Below are positions 25,947 to 39,510 of a DNA stretch of 64,000 nt, piece by piece (position 1 is the stretch's first letter; every line of letters begins with the position of its first letter). The stretch is taken from positions 164,486,001-164,550,000 of the forward strand of contig NC_042998.1 of the NCBI RefSeq assembly GCF_006345805.1, in the 5' to 3' direction. The position numbers and the translations under genes are program-made. A model generated the notes under the pieces. The model saw only the letters and a list, made by a program, of their open reading frames with translations. It did not search any database and was not told the origin of the DNA. The stretch comes from Octopus sinensis (lineage: Eukaryota).

Positions 25947-26732
25947 CATTATTATTATTATTATCATTATTATCATTATTATTATTAGATCCGCTGCTAC
26001 AATAAACATCACTAACATTATTATATATTTCATGAAAATTCTCACCATTATTGCCATTATCAATAGCACTGTTATTTTTATGATTAATATAGGTTTTTGC
26101 AGTCATTTTCCTACGTTTGTCATTCAATTTGATAATCGGGTCGTTTAATGTCGCAAGAAAAATTAGCGCAGTGAAGTTAGTCATTCAAATTTGTTTTTCG
26201 ATCATTTAATTTCGCACTTCAGTCAAAGAATTTAGCATTTACATCATTCAAATTAAAATGCCCGTCGAGAGCATTCAAATTAGTCGAAATACGAGGAAGC
26301 GTCTTTTCCAGCATTCAAATTCGTTTCGGAGCAATTTATTTAATACTTCGAGCAATCAAATTGGCACGATAGCTGTTTTGCTTTTATCTAATGGTCAATG
26401 TTATCATAATCATGTGTTTTCATCCATTCTTTATGCTTTAAGCACGTTATCGTGCCTATGTCTTCTCTATGTACTCTGTTATTTATGCACAGGTACATTT
26501 ATTTATTGTTAAAGACTTCCTGAAATCGCATTCCAGCCTTTTCAATCTTTTCAAAGAAACTTACAATTACAACAAATGCTCATTTTCTTTGATTTTGAAT
26601 ACATTATGTTGCTATATGTGTTCTGCTTTTGCATAATACGACTTGCTAGGAAAAGTATGCAGTTCTTTACTCTTGCATTTTTTCTTTCATCGGGAAAGGG
26701 TGCTATGTACACTAAGATAATGATTGATGTGT

Positions 26733-26771
<39 letters not shown>

Positions 26772-26775
26772 ATAT

Positions 26776-26824
<49 letters not shown>

Positions 26825-27189
26825 TATATATATTATATATCACCATCCATTCATATAAACATATATTTATACATGCATACATCCTTGCAAACACCATACA
26901 CACATACACCTGTGCATGTATTCATCTCATTTGTCAGTACACAGACACGCACACATGCACGCACACACACAGAGACACACACACATACCATGTCAATACA
27001 TACATAAAGATAGACAGACAGATGCATAGTTTTATAAACCTGTTAGATATTTTCAAGGAAGAATTTATACACGAATCAGCATGTCGAAATGTACATATTT
27101 TCTTTACTTAAAACTGAGGTAAAAATGTGGATGCTGTAGATCTTATTGGTGACGTTGATGTTACATGATAATAATCTGTACTTAAGCTC

Positions 27190-27780
27190 CTATATCTAAT
27201 TCAACGCGGCCAATGAGATGCTTAGAATTTTTTCGTTCTCTCTGTTTCCAAATGTACTTTGATCATATCGTGGTGTTTCCAGGTGGTGATGAGAGAAAGA
27301 GCTATGATACTGGCGCAAGTAATTCTCGAAAAAACGCATTTTAACCGCTATAAAAAAAGCTGTTGGTATGTTTCTGACATATCTACCAGCACATGATATA
27401 GAACATTTTTGTTGGGACTTGCCATTCATTGCATAAAGATTTATCTTTCTAAGATTGTATACAGTTTCACTTCGTACTATATTTGGCTGCAGTATTTTTG
27501 CAACACGGTCCTTGATGACATTTAGGCACGTTTTTGCGGATCTATGATCTATAGTTCATCTTAGTGTTGAACAGTTTGTAAAATATATGGTTGTTCGGGT
27601 AATGTTTTCGTATTAAGAATGGGAAATGTTTTGAATTTTTTCAAACCAGCTAAAGTAGAACCGTCTATTCAGTAAAGTCAGCATTAACGTGACCTTTTGA
27701 TCCGCAGAAAAGATGTTTAAATGCTATAAAGAGTCATAAACCAAAAGTAGCTGCAACTAAATGTACGTAAATCACCGACA
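27190..27780 (-). pseudogene. decayed pogo/Tigger-type (DDE_1) transposase remnant
   Basis: KDRVAKILQPNIVRSE...GKSQQKC...YVRNIPTA...FFENYL follows the pogo KDRVT...N..GSE...GKS..PRCF...Y..N..AW..F order. Upstream SWFEK resembles the GW..KFK of the HTH region. Confidence 0.5.
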
Positions 27781-28368
27781 TACAGTTGCTGGGGCACAGA
27801 AGTTCCACTGAAGGAAGCGGAAAATATTATATATTGAGGTGATGTCTGCACAATCAATGCATGAAAAAGCTATATAGAGCTTAAGTGAACTCCTTCAAGT
27901 GTCGCCTTCACAAGCTCAATGACTCATTTAGCAACGTTTAAATTGAGAGATTTATTTGGTATTTCTAGCAGGTGAAGTATTCATGTAGAGAACTTGTTGG
28001 CTTGCATTGTCATATAGTTTTGTTGATTCTTAGCGGTGGTGTTGGTGGTGGTGGTGGTGGTGGTACCACTTAAATTCAGGTCTTCCCTGATCGAACAGAT
28101 ATATCATCAAACATACTCCTGGCTATGAACAACACATCTTTTCCCAATATGCTGAGAACCCAGAATCACATTATACGATGTATCATCCCTAAAACGAAGA
28201 ACTGAGATTTTCGGGAGAGTTGGCTGCTATTTCTAGCTTGTGAAACGACTACGTAGTAGAATTATGATTATGTTTGTAGTAACATTTCATGTTTGTTATC
28301 GCGGCGGCTGTATTGATGACATTTGCGATATATTCTTCTTCCCTCATTGTTTTTGCCACTCATTCTGT

Positions 28369-28404
<36 letters not shown>

Positions 28405-29431
28405 ACTACTACTACTACTGTAGTGGTAGTGATGGTAGTAGTAGTAGTAGTAGTAACAGAATGAGTGGCAAAAGCAATGAGGGAAGAATACTCAACTACT
28501 ACTTCTAATCTACTGTAGTAGTGGTAGTAGTAGTAGTAGAGTATTGTTGTTGTTATTACGGTGGTGGTCGTGGTGGTGGTGGTCGTCGTCGTCGACTTCG
28601 CATCGTGGTTGCAGTAATGGTGAACATTCTACATATATGACCCTCTTGCTATATCTTGAAATACTCTGATATTCTCAGTCATTAGGTTTACAGATTAAGA
28701 GATTATAATCAGAGCGAATCTGATAATAGTGTCGATGATTATGAACATGATAGTGATGTATCAGACTCTTCTGTGATTCTATCAGGGTGGCGGTTGTAGT
28801 GGCAATAGGCGTTGCAATGGTGGTCGAGAAGATTCCAAATTTATCGCCAGTGAACGCAGTCACATGACAGCAACAGGAAATTGGTTTAAATTTCCATCAA
28901 ATCTAGTAACGTCCACAACTGCACAACTTGGACTGAATGATGGATCACTTTTGATAATTCTAGATGAATTGTTGGGTGCCAGGAAAGTATTTGCATGCAA
29001 GCACCGACATTTCAGGATCATCTGGCCAGCTGTAACCATTCCTACATCAATTAGCCTATACACATATGGATACGTTATTATTCTTGTAAAGTATAGTTAA
29101 TCTATCATGTATATGCATGTATATGTATTATGTATACGGCTATGGATGTATGCATGCACGCCACCCACCCACCCACATACATTTCGCCGGGCGAAATGCT
29201 TAGCCGTATTTCATCTGTCTTTATGTTCAAATTCCACCGAGGTCGAGTTTGCCTTTCATCGACAAATTAAGTACCCCCTCCCCCAACATTTCGGGCCTTG
29301 TGCCTAGAGTAGAAAAAAGGATTATATACCATACTATACTATATTATATACAATACATATATATTATATGCATTACATATATTATATAGTTTATATATAC
29401 TATATATATATATTGTGTATATTATATATCA

Positions 29432-29716
29432 CCGTGACCGATCAGGCTATCAGATGTTGCTACACATCGCTGGTCACAATGGGCTTTGCATTGTTTTAGC
29501 CCTCAAATGACGCCACCCCGCTGGCTAAGCGAGCAGGCCAACAGAAGAAAGAGTGAGAGAAAGTTGCGGCGAAAGAGTACAGCAGGGATCGCCACCATCC
29601 CCTGCCGGAGCCTCGTGGAGCTTAAGGTGTTTTCGCTCAATAAACACTCACAACGCCCGGTCTGGGAATCGAAACCGCGAGTCCGCTGCCCTAACCACTG
29701 GGCCATTGCGCCTCCA
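29432..29716 (-). mobile_element. tRNA-Arg(TCG)-like headed SINE, tail shared with 59850-60105
   Basis: Reverse-complement head GGAGGCGCAATGGCCCAGTGGTTAGGGCAGCGGACTCGCGG; tail CAGATGTTG(C/T)TAC(A/C)CATCGCTGGTCACAATG. Confidence 0.85.
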
Positions 29717-29999
29717 CATATTATATATATTATATGTATTATATATTATATATATATTATATAAATTTAATATACAAGAATATTATTGACAGTGGCCTCG
29801 ACGTTTCGACCAGCTAAGCTATTATGGGACTGCGACGTATTGAAGTTAATCCTGACTTTATAGAGTCTCAATTGAGTTAAAATCTTTCTTGCATATATGG
29901 GTAGGAGTGAAATGTTAATTAGGTCGTAGGGTGGGTTGTGAAAGAGAGATGTTTTGGGGGAAATTTTTATTGATTTAATTTGGGTTTATGTTATTGTGT

Positions 30000-30385
30000 G
30001 GAGGCGCAATGGCCCAGTGGTTAGGGCAGCGGACTCGCGGTCATAGGATCGCGGTTTTGATTCCCAGACCGGGCGTTGTGAGTGTTTATTGAGCGAAAAT
30101 ACCTAAAGCTCCACGAGGCTCCGGCAGGGTTAGTGGTGATCCCTGCTGTACTCTTTCACCACAACTTTCTCTCACTCTTACTTCCTGTTTCTGTTGTACC
30201 TGTATTTCAAAGAGCCGGCCTTGTCACTCTCTGTGTCACGCTGAATATCCCCGAGAACTACGTTAAGGGTACACGTGTCTGTGGAGTGCTAAGCCACTTA
30301 CACGTTAATTTCACGAGAAGGCTGTTCCGTTGATTCGGATCAACCGGAACCCTCGTCGTCGTAACCGACGGAGTGCTTCCACATG
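30000..30385 (+). mobile_element. tRNA-Arg(TCG)-like headed SINE, tail shared with 40620-40950
   Basis: GGAGGCGCAATGGCCCAGTGGTTAGGGCAGCGGACTCGCGGTCATAGG...CACGTTAATTTCACGAG...CGTAACCGACGGAGT. Confidence 0.9.
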
Positions 30386-30539
30386 TTATTGTTCAGAATT
30401 TACTCATGTATGTAGAACTTTGTGGGCAGGCGTGTATAACAAGCTGTGTTCCCTTCGGGTCATTGTTTTTTTAGTAGGTCACAAAAAGAATGCAGGTAGG
30501 TCGAGGATGTGCCAGTCGTTTTAATTACTTTTAATTGGA

Positions 30540-30650
30540 GATTTAGGTGTTTTCGCTCAATAAACTCTCACAACGCCCGGTCTGGGAATCGAAACCGCGA
30601 TCCTACGACCGCGAGTCCGCACCCTAACCACTGGGCCATTGCGCCTCTAC
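30540..30650 (-). mobile_element. head-only copy of the tRNA-Arg-like SINE
   Basis: Reverse complement of 30000-30110, followed by (TACA)n. Confidence 0.85.
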
Positions 30651-30727
30651 ATACATACATTCATACATACATACATACATACATACATACATTCATACAT
30701 ACATACATACATACATACATACATACA

Positions 30728-30758
<31 letters not shown>

Positions 30759-31289
30759 TGACAACAATGCCAGCTGAAGAAGCGTGACAATTATCGCATC
30801 GTTGAAATTTCAAGTCCTAAAAGTAAGTCACCATACTTGTATCATTCAATAAATTCATACACACACACACACGAGTGTGTGTGTGCGTAAGTAACAACTC
30901 GCACATTCACAAACATACAAGCACACATCACACATACATAAACGCACGCATAAATAAAAACACTTCATAAGTCACTAAAATACTTACATATTCAAGTAAA
31001 TAAAGTACATTTATATTGAAAAGAATAAATAATGTTTAGGCTAATAGGTTACGATTAAAGACGAAGTTTGCATTCCTTTTTTAAGCCTCTGTGTAGTGTC
31101 ACTCATGGCGCTGATGATATTCGTTCGAAATATGACAATTAAAAAGTTAGTGGATGACAGATCTACTTCTTTGGAACAGGTGGTTATGCAGGAAAAATAT
31201 AAAATTTAAATTGTCTATTATAAGTAAGAATCTTAACTAAAATATATGATGCGAGCGTTTTATAGTTAATTGTATTAGAATAGGTTCTG

Positions 31290-31358
<69 letters not shown>

Positions 31359-33547
31359 CACGCATACATACACAAGCACACACACACAACGCCTGGCGCA
31401 TGCAAAAAAATACAAAATACGCAAACACAAATTAAATTTTACTCTCTCGCTATACATAAATTATACGTGAGTACGAGTGCGTGTGTGTGTGTGTGTGTGT
31501 TTGTGTATAAATGCCTAAATTTATATATGTATGTATATATGTATGTCCGAAATTGTATTTTATTAATACATAAATTTTAACGTCACGATATTGCTCGTTA
31601 TATCGAGATTGAGCTATTAAAAATATGTGTACAGTTAAATGCCTAAACAGACTATAACAACACATTTTATATTTGCAGGTGTTTAGATAAATATTTATAC
31701 GAGACAACAGACTTTGGTATCTTTGGTGCTGCAAGACTGCTGAAGTGACTCTGCTTTCATACCTCTGTCTTTGCTTCCTGTTTTTGTTAGATCTGTTCAT
31801 CTGTGCGATTATGTGCCTCTTCGCACTGGAATGCATCAGTAACTCAGTTTCAAATACCTCCTGTTGAAAAATGTACTCTAACGGCATTGAGCTGAGAAGT
31901 TTATCTATGTGTACTAGCAATTTTTTTGTTACGTTTACGTGTAAAGAATACGATGGTGTGAGCCAAAAGATATTGGATAGTCTCTTTTAGTTTGGGAAGG
32001 CAGGGTTCTTGAGATATGTTTAATTTTGTATTTGAATACGCTATATACTACAGTTCTCCTTGGTATAACTTTAAATTGCATCCGGTAGTGGGGCCATGGT
32101 TCGAGGGTACCATGATTTAGAGGAGTGTAAAACCATATCTTAGCCAGGGCTAATCTTACGGAATAGTAGCACCTGTCTGGATCTCTTATGTGTGTTAGCT
32201 AATATGTTATGGGAGAAATTCCAAGCACAAATCCCCACTGCTTTGCGATTGCCTTAGGAAAGGAAAAGGCTAGGGGAGTCAACTTCGACAGCAAATCAAA
32301 AAGTAGAGTATTTCAGGTGACCTGGTGCCCCCTTTGACATACTTATAGCAATTCCTGAGTAGGTGGAGCTCTCCGTCCCAGTAAAGCAATTCACCAAAGA
32401 GAAAGCCTTTCTAATGTATGATATATGTACGACATACAGCTTGCTGGTCACCGCAGCTATCTTAACCCATTGAGCCATTATAGTCAAACCTCTAAGTCTA
32501 AAGAGTGGGATCAGATTAGGTGGACTGACACTTACTTTAAAACTACTGAATGTAGGTAGGAAGAACAACCCCGCAGCGCCAAGGATCAGTTTACATTGTG
32601 GCATGAGGGCATGTTGCTCTTCCTCATAATTTTCGGACACAAGGAAATTGCCATCATTGTAATGCTTGACCACTATAAGGCGGCGAGCTGGTAGAATCGT
32701 TAGCACGCCCGACGAAACGGCATTTCGTCCGAAGACATCTTTCCGGTACCCTTCTACTAATGTTACTAATTTATAAAAACTAAAGCTATTGACGAGATTT
32801 AACATAAATACACGTCATCTTTTGATAAGAGGCTTTTGATATGGATTCTATATGTTCATATCTTAAGGTAAAATTAAAAAGAATTTGCAAATGTAGGTTG
32901 GTAGCAATAATTACTTTTAGGCCTAGGCAGTTAAAAATTTGCAAATATAAGTTGGCAGTTATAATCACTTTGCGCCTGAATAGTTAGAATTCTTCGCTAT
33001 ATATATCTAAGGCATGCCCAGATGCAGTTGATGTAACAGCTGGTTAGTTCATCATCACTGAAAATCCGATGTTGGAGATGATGAATCTAATATGTCCAAT
33101 ATCTATAGGATAAGCCGATAAGATAACATATCTGCATTGTTATACGATCCTATACTAACGGCGAATGTAGATATTGAGTCAAAAATTTTCATCCAAACGG
33201 TGTATCTAGTAAACATACGGTCATTAAAATTTGCATTCTATACTGTGTATGAAATTATATCTTTGCAAGCTTGCAGCTTACTTTTTGTTTAGATAAGAAA
33301 CATACTGTCTTTCCCTTAATGGCGTTTCACATTTGGAGGAATTAATCGTTCTTGAGATTATTCACAACTCTCACTCAGAGTCGATCGCAATTGCCATTAG
33401 GCATTTGTGCACCTACTCTCAATATTGAAATAAGTTCTATAAAACATGAATTCACTTTGTATAATATTTAACATACCTTTATTTCACTTTGTTGTTCAAA
33501 TTCATGCTACTTCTCAGTCTGAGCTATTCAGTCAATTTTCGTATTAA

Positions 33548-33584
<37 letters not shown>

Positions 33585-33598
33585 CATACATTACAAAC

Positions 33599-33630
<32 letters not shown>

Positions 33631-33684
33631 ATATTCACATATATACATACACACACACATATATATAAGTGTGTGTCTGTATAT

Positions 33685-33722
<38 letters not shown>

Positions 33723-34837
33723 CAGCAAATTATAAGTTAGAGGTTATGCAGCCATCTAAGGGATAGATGTATCCGTAGGCACTCCTGGTGTATTACCTTA
33801 CTATGTATAGTCCTAGCTATAAGGTATACAGTAGTAGGTAATTTAAAGGTAAAACCGTGATTTAATATATATCGAAAATAAAATAAATGGAGCAAGAATT
33901 AACAATGAGAAATTGATGATTGGTATATATACCAATGATCAACTTCTCATTGTTAATTCTTGATCCATTTTTTTTTCTTTTTTATATATATACATATATA
34001 TATATATACATGCATATATACATATTTATATATACATATTATATATGTACATATATGCATGCATATATATATATATTATATATATATGTATGTATATATA
34101 CTTATTTATATTCACAGATGCATGTATGTTTGTATGTGTATACATGTGTGTTTATGTTCTGTGTGTATCAATGTGTAATGATGTTCACATAACATAAATG
34201 ATACATCAACCTAATTACAAAAATACAAACGCGATTGTAAACATATAAAACATTTCACAAATAACACTGTAATCTGTGCTTGGCTTGAATCTTTACGTCA
34301 CCTTATGCAACAATCTCGTGTGTGTGTGTGTCTGTGTCTCTGTGTGTCTGAGTGTGTGTGTGTGTGTGTGTAGCTCAAAGTACGGGGTACAAGTTATTTG
34401 TGCTACAAAAGAGAAAGAAAAGAGCATTTCCTTTAGTTATTACCAACGAATGCAGCTGTGAAGCGACGCTGACGTTTCCTACTTACTATGTGTCATGTAG
34501 TTAAATAAAGGTGCCAAATGTTCTTCTAGAACTTTCTAAGGTTACCGAGGTACGTTTCGACGAGACGGGAAAGTTAGAAGGGAACTTGAGGCTGTAGACC
34601 GATGGTGAGGGTCATGTCATGCTGGGAAGATGGGATGCATGGTGCGTAAAAACAAAACAAAACAAAAATAGTAAGAGAGTTCAGAAACAGAAAATAAATA
34701 AACAACACTCTAGGAAGCATGAAAATGTAAAACAAAAATAACTTGGAAAGGAAGTAATAAAAATAACAATGATAACAGGAAAAAGTTATAATAAAGATTA
34801 GTAGTAGCAGAACGAAATAATAATAATAATAATAATA

Positions 34838-34927
<90 letters not shown>

Positions 34928-34937
34928 TAACAATAAC

Positions 34938-34984
<47 letters not shown>

Positions 34985-34985
<1 letters not shown>

Positions 34986-35895
34986 GGCAGATGAAATGAT
35001 GGGCAAAGCAGAGTTTAACCAAAGAGCTGAGGAGAAGAGAAAGGAAGACCTTCTTGAAATGAGAATGCATGGACAGTTTGAAAGGAGTACACAGGACGTT
35101 AAGGATAATACAGCATCGTGGGCATGGCCTGAGCGAGGTGATTTGAAGCGTACCACGGAAAGCCTGATCATTGCTTCACAAGACCAGGCTCTCGCTACAG
35201 ATTCAGTGAAGTATAATAACTATAAATCTTCTGACACCCAGAAATGCAGACTCTGTGAAAAGACTGTGGAAAATGTGTCCCACTTGGTAAGTGGATATGA
35301 GGGCCTTGCACAAAAAGAATACAAGCACCGCCACGATAAAATGTGTGTGTATCTTCATTGGATCTTATGCCGTAAATACCAATATGAAGTAACAGAGAAC
35401 TGGTATGAGCATATACCAAGTAAAGTTATGCAGGAGGATGGAAAAGTAACGATACTCTGGGACTATGATTTTCAGACGGATCGTGTAATCGAAAACCGTC
35501 GGCCGGATATTGTCATATTGAATAAGAAAGACAAATACTGTCAGAACATTGATGTAGCCATACTAAATGACATGAATGTTGTGAGTAAAGAGATTGAAAA
35601 AATCACCAAGTACTCTGAATTTAAAGTGGAAATGGCAAGACTGTATGGAATGCGAAAAGATAACGTAAAAGTGATACCAGTGGTGATCGGAGCGCTGAGC
35701 TCAATCCCATTGAAATTTCAAGACTTTTTAAGGCAACTGGAAATCCCATGCAGGATTGATGTCTTGCAAAAGCCCTTATTAGGTACAGCGCACATCTTAA
35801 GGGAAGTATTATGCCTGAGGTCCTTGTTGTGACTTGACAGATAACTAAAGACTCCGGTGCATTTTTACCTACACTGTGTTACGAAATAAGGATAA
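34985..35895 (+). mobile_element. 5'-truncated R4/Dong-clade RLE non-LTR retrotransposon; 278-aa ORF at 34996-35832
   Basis: HGQF...TESLIIASQDQAL, zinc knuckle CRLCEKTVENVSHLVSG(Y), RHD, ILWD...TDRVIENRRPDIVI...IDVAI, EKITKY, IPVVIGAL, LLGTAHILR. Directly follows a long (AAT)n tract. Confidence 0.95.
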
Positions 35896-36352
35896 GATGG
35901 GCTACAGCAAATATTCTGCTCAATACCACAGATTTGCTTGTCAGTTGTTTGACCTTAACCAGTTGAGCATGTCCCTTAGTGGCTGACGATATGTGCATCT
36001 CTGATCACGAGCAGAAGTAGTGGGGGAACATCATAGCCATGTGTTGAGAAGGATTCTTTGGGGTTTGAATAATTCTCCTCTGGAAACATGGTGTTTCGTT
36101 CAACGTCCTTAAACAACCTTATTCAGGGACCTTTTGAGCGGGATGGGTTACTCGATCTGAAGAAAATTCTAACTGGGCTCCACCTGCAAGGTCATGTGCT
36201 GTTTATCTTGATATGAGATCACCATGTCGCGCACATATGTTGTGATGCATGTGCCTAGTGTACCCTTATCAGACGGGTTCATGATGGGTATACTGGCTTC
36301 GTATATTTTACCCCAGTGTCACTTTGATGGCATGCTCTGCTCGCTCACTCAA
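35895..36352 (+). mobile_element. non-coding dispersed element X, 5'-truncated copy
   Basis: High identity to 36610-37170; ends in CTCAATAATAATA. Confidence 0.8.
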
Positions 36353-36364
36353 TAATAATAATAA

Positions 36365-36573
36365 TAGTTTCAAATTTTGGCACAAAGCCAGCAATTTCGG
36401 AGGAGGGAGACAGTCAATTACATCAATCCTAGTGTTCAACTGGTACTTATTTTTATCAAACCCCGAAAGGTTGAAAAGCAAAGTCGACTACGGCGGAATT
36501 TGAACTCAGAGTGTAAAGATCGGCGAAATGCCGCTAAGCATTTTGCCCAGTGAGGTAACGATTCTGGCACCTC

Positions 36574-36575
<2 letters not shown>
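36365..36575 (-). mobile_element. SINE family B inserted in (AAT)n
   Basis: Reverse complement of the family B consensus. Confidence 0.85.
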
Positions 36576-36609
<34 letters not shown>

Positions 36610-36610
<1 letters not shown>

Positions 36611-37170
36611 TCCTGATGCAGTACCAGGCTGTGTCTCTCATGGCTTCTGATCTTAAGTGACTAAAGTGTTATCATGTACATTGTTTTGTCTTGGTATAAA
36701 AGATGGGCTACAGTAAATATTCTGCTCAACAGCACAGATTTGCTTGTCAGTTGTTTGACCATAACCAGTTGAGCATGCCCCTTGGTAGCTGATGATATGT
36801 GCATCTGATCACGAGCAGAAGTAGTCGGGGAGCATCATAACCATGTGTTGAGCGGAATTCTTAGGGGTTTGGCTAATTCACCTTTGGAAAGATGGGTGTT
36901 TTGTTTATCATTCTTAAACAACCCTTATTTAGGGACCTTTTGAGCGTGATGGGCTACTCTACACGAAGAAAATTCTAACTGGGCCCCACCTGCAAGGTTA
37001 TGTGCTGTTTATCTTGATATGAAATCATTATGTTGCGCACATATGGTTGTGATGCATGAACCTGATGTACCCTTATTATACGGGTAGCCGTGATGGGTAT
37101 ACTAGGCTTCGCATATTTTACCCCAGTGTAACTTTGATGGTATGCACTGCTCTCTCATTCAATAATAATG
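36610..37170 (+). mobile_element. non-coding dispersed element X, longer copy (about 560 bp)
   Basis: Starts TCCTGATGCAGTACCAGG right after (AAT)n and ends TTCAATAATAAT. A further fragment lies at 56161-56215. Confidence 0.8.
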
Positions 37171-37439
37171 ATGATGATGATGACAATAATAATAATAATA
37201 ATAATGAGAAGAAATTGAAGAAGAAGGAAGGATGAGGAGGAGGAGGGTCAACGCCGAAAGAAAAGGTGGTGTCTAAGCATCACTAAGATTGATTACCGGA
37301 AGGCTTTGACAGTATTCTCCACACATAGATCCTGGAAACACTACCCATGAGCAAAATAACACCAACAATAATATAACGTATAAAACCTGTCATCAATAAA
37401 TAAAGCCATCCCCTCTAGAAGAGGAATATTTCAAGGATA

Positions 37440-39090
37440 CTCGCTCTCACCACTCATTTTGTACGTGGTACTGACGCCTTTAACTGACATGCTGAGCCGA
37501 ACTAGGTGTGGATAAAACTGTTTTGGTCAAACCATCAACCGTCTCTTGTATATAGATAATCTCAAGCCTTATGCTGCAAATGATAACCAAGTAGAAACAT
37601 TGCTATTGACAGGGCATGGATTTACCAAAGAAATAAATATGAAATTTGGCCCAGAAAAATATGCATAAGCAGCCTTGAAAAGAGGAAAACTAGAAGTAAC
37701 AATATTACACTAGATAAAAAAATGAAAAATGTTGGCAAACAATCTTTACTACAAAGAGCTGTTGCTGAATATCTCACGTTGTGAGATTTAGAAATAGTAA
37801 TTTACTAAAGAAAATGAAATAGACCAAACCCAGACATACAAATACTTAGGAATCATTGAACTAGATACAATACAACACACACAAATGAAAGAAAAGATAA
37901 GGAAGAAATATTTTAGACAAATTAGTTTAATACTTAAAACAGAGCTCAGTGCGAAAAACAAGATAATAGGCATCAATACTCTTGCTGACCCAGTTATAAT
38001 TTACAGTTACAACAATCTTAACTGAACACTAAGTGAACTAGCCAAACTAGATAGAAGAAAAAAGAAAACTGATAACAGAATTAAGAGTACATCACCCAAA
38101 ATCTGACACTGAAAGTTTGTACAAACAATGAATTGAAGGTGGTAGAGACCATATACAACTAGAAAACAACTACAAAATATCCACCATAGGACTACAGAAA
38201 TATCTAAGTCGGAGCCAAGGAAAGTGATACAAATTACCACAAGACATGAGCAAAACAAAACAAAAAATTCTTTCCGTTTTCAAAGAAACCGAAAGGTACA
38301 GGAAAGATGTCATAATAGCTGACAGCTATGAAGAAAAAGAAGATACATCAAAAGTTGTAAGGCATCTAAAGTGTAAGCTAAAGCAAATTCCATTGTAAAA
38401 TGATGGCAGAAAATCCCTTACATGACAAATACTGAGATAAGCTAAAAAGAAAAGAAACAATAAATCATATTGCCTCTTGTTGTCCAGTTCTGGCCAAGAA
38501 GGAATACATCCACAAACATGACAGTGTTGGTACTTATACACATTGGGACCTGTGTCAGCACTACGAAATGACAAAAGAAAAAAGATGGTATAGGTATACC
38601 CCAGAAAAGTTAAGAGAAAATTACAAAGCAACCATACTCTGGGATATGTCAATACACACAGATAGACAGTTCAAGACAAATTGGCCAGATATTGTTATCA
38701 GGGACCACCAAGAAAAATGCCTTCTAATCAACATATCAGTCCCAAGAGTTGACTATGTATCCCTTAAAAAACAGAGAAACTCTTGAAATACAAAAATCTA
38801 GAAATAGAAATAATCCGAATGTGGGGCTTGAATACAGAAAAAATTCTTAAAATAACATGCATTAGGCATGGTTAAAAAAAACCTTACAAATACATAATCG
38901 AAAGACCAGGACTAACGAATATATATAGCATACAGATGATAGGACTACTAGGCACTGTACACATCCTACGTAAAGCACTTTCAATACAGTAAAAATAACA
39001 ATACTAAAACAAACCACAGCGCATGCCCAAGGCACATGGAGCTGCGCTCGACAGTGCAGTGAAAGCACGGGATAAGAATAAGACTACTAA
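37440..39090 (+). mobile_element. decayed R4/Dong-clade LINE (RT C-terminus, zinc knuckle, RLE, 3' UTR)
   Basis: LLYIDNLKPYA, MKFGPEK, YKYLGIIE, NKIIGINTLA, HIASCCPVLAKKEYIHKHD, ILWDMSIHTDR...WPDIVI, GTVHILRKAL. Many stops and frameshifts. Followed by (TAC)n(TAA)n. Confidence 0.9.
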
Positions 39091-39100
39091 ATAGTACTGT

Positions 39101-39151
<51 letters not shown>

Positions 39152-39400
39152 TACTACTACTACTACTACTACTAATAATAATAATATAATAATAATAATA
39201 ATAATAATAATTCTATTACAGAAAGTTGCCGGAGTATAGAATAACTTGTCGATTTCAATTATATACCGTTATAATTGCGTATACCGACTTTTTCTAAAGC
39301 TTGGCAAGCGTCCGCAATACATGTTAATGTTTCCATTGATGCCTTTTATAAATATTTTCTACCAATAACTTGTGAGTGAATTTGTTTCACAGAAATATAT

Positions 39401-39460
<60 letters not shown>

Positions 39461-39474
39461 CATACATACATACA

Positions 39475-39510
<36 letters not shown>

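Noticed and set aside
29785-29820. GTCGAAACGTC half-hammerhead on the minus strand
   Set aside because: The CUGANGA half is missing (truncated).
31105-31145. CTGATGATATTCGTTCGAAATATG
   Set aside because: No convincing stem II or stem I.
32296-32805. 169-aa minus-strand ORF; the plus frame has a weak Tc1-like EWDQIRWTD motif
   Set aside because: The ORF reads through a SINE head, and the similarity is too weak to assign.
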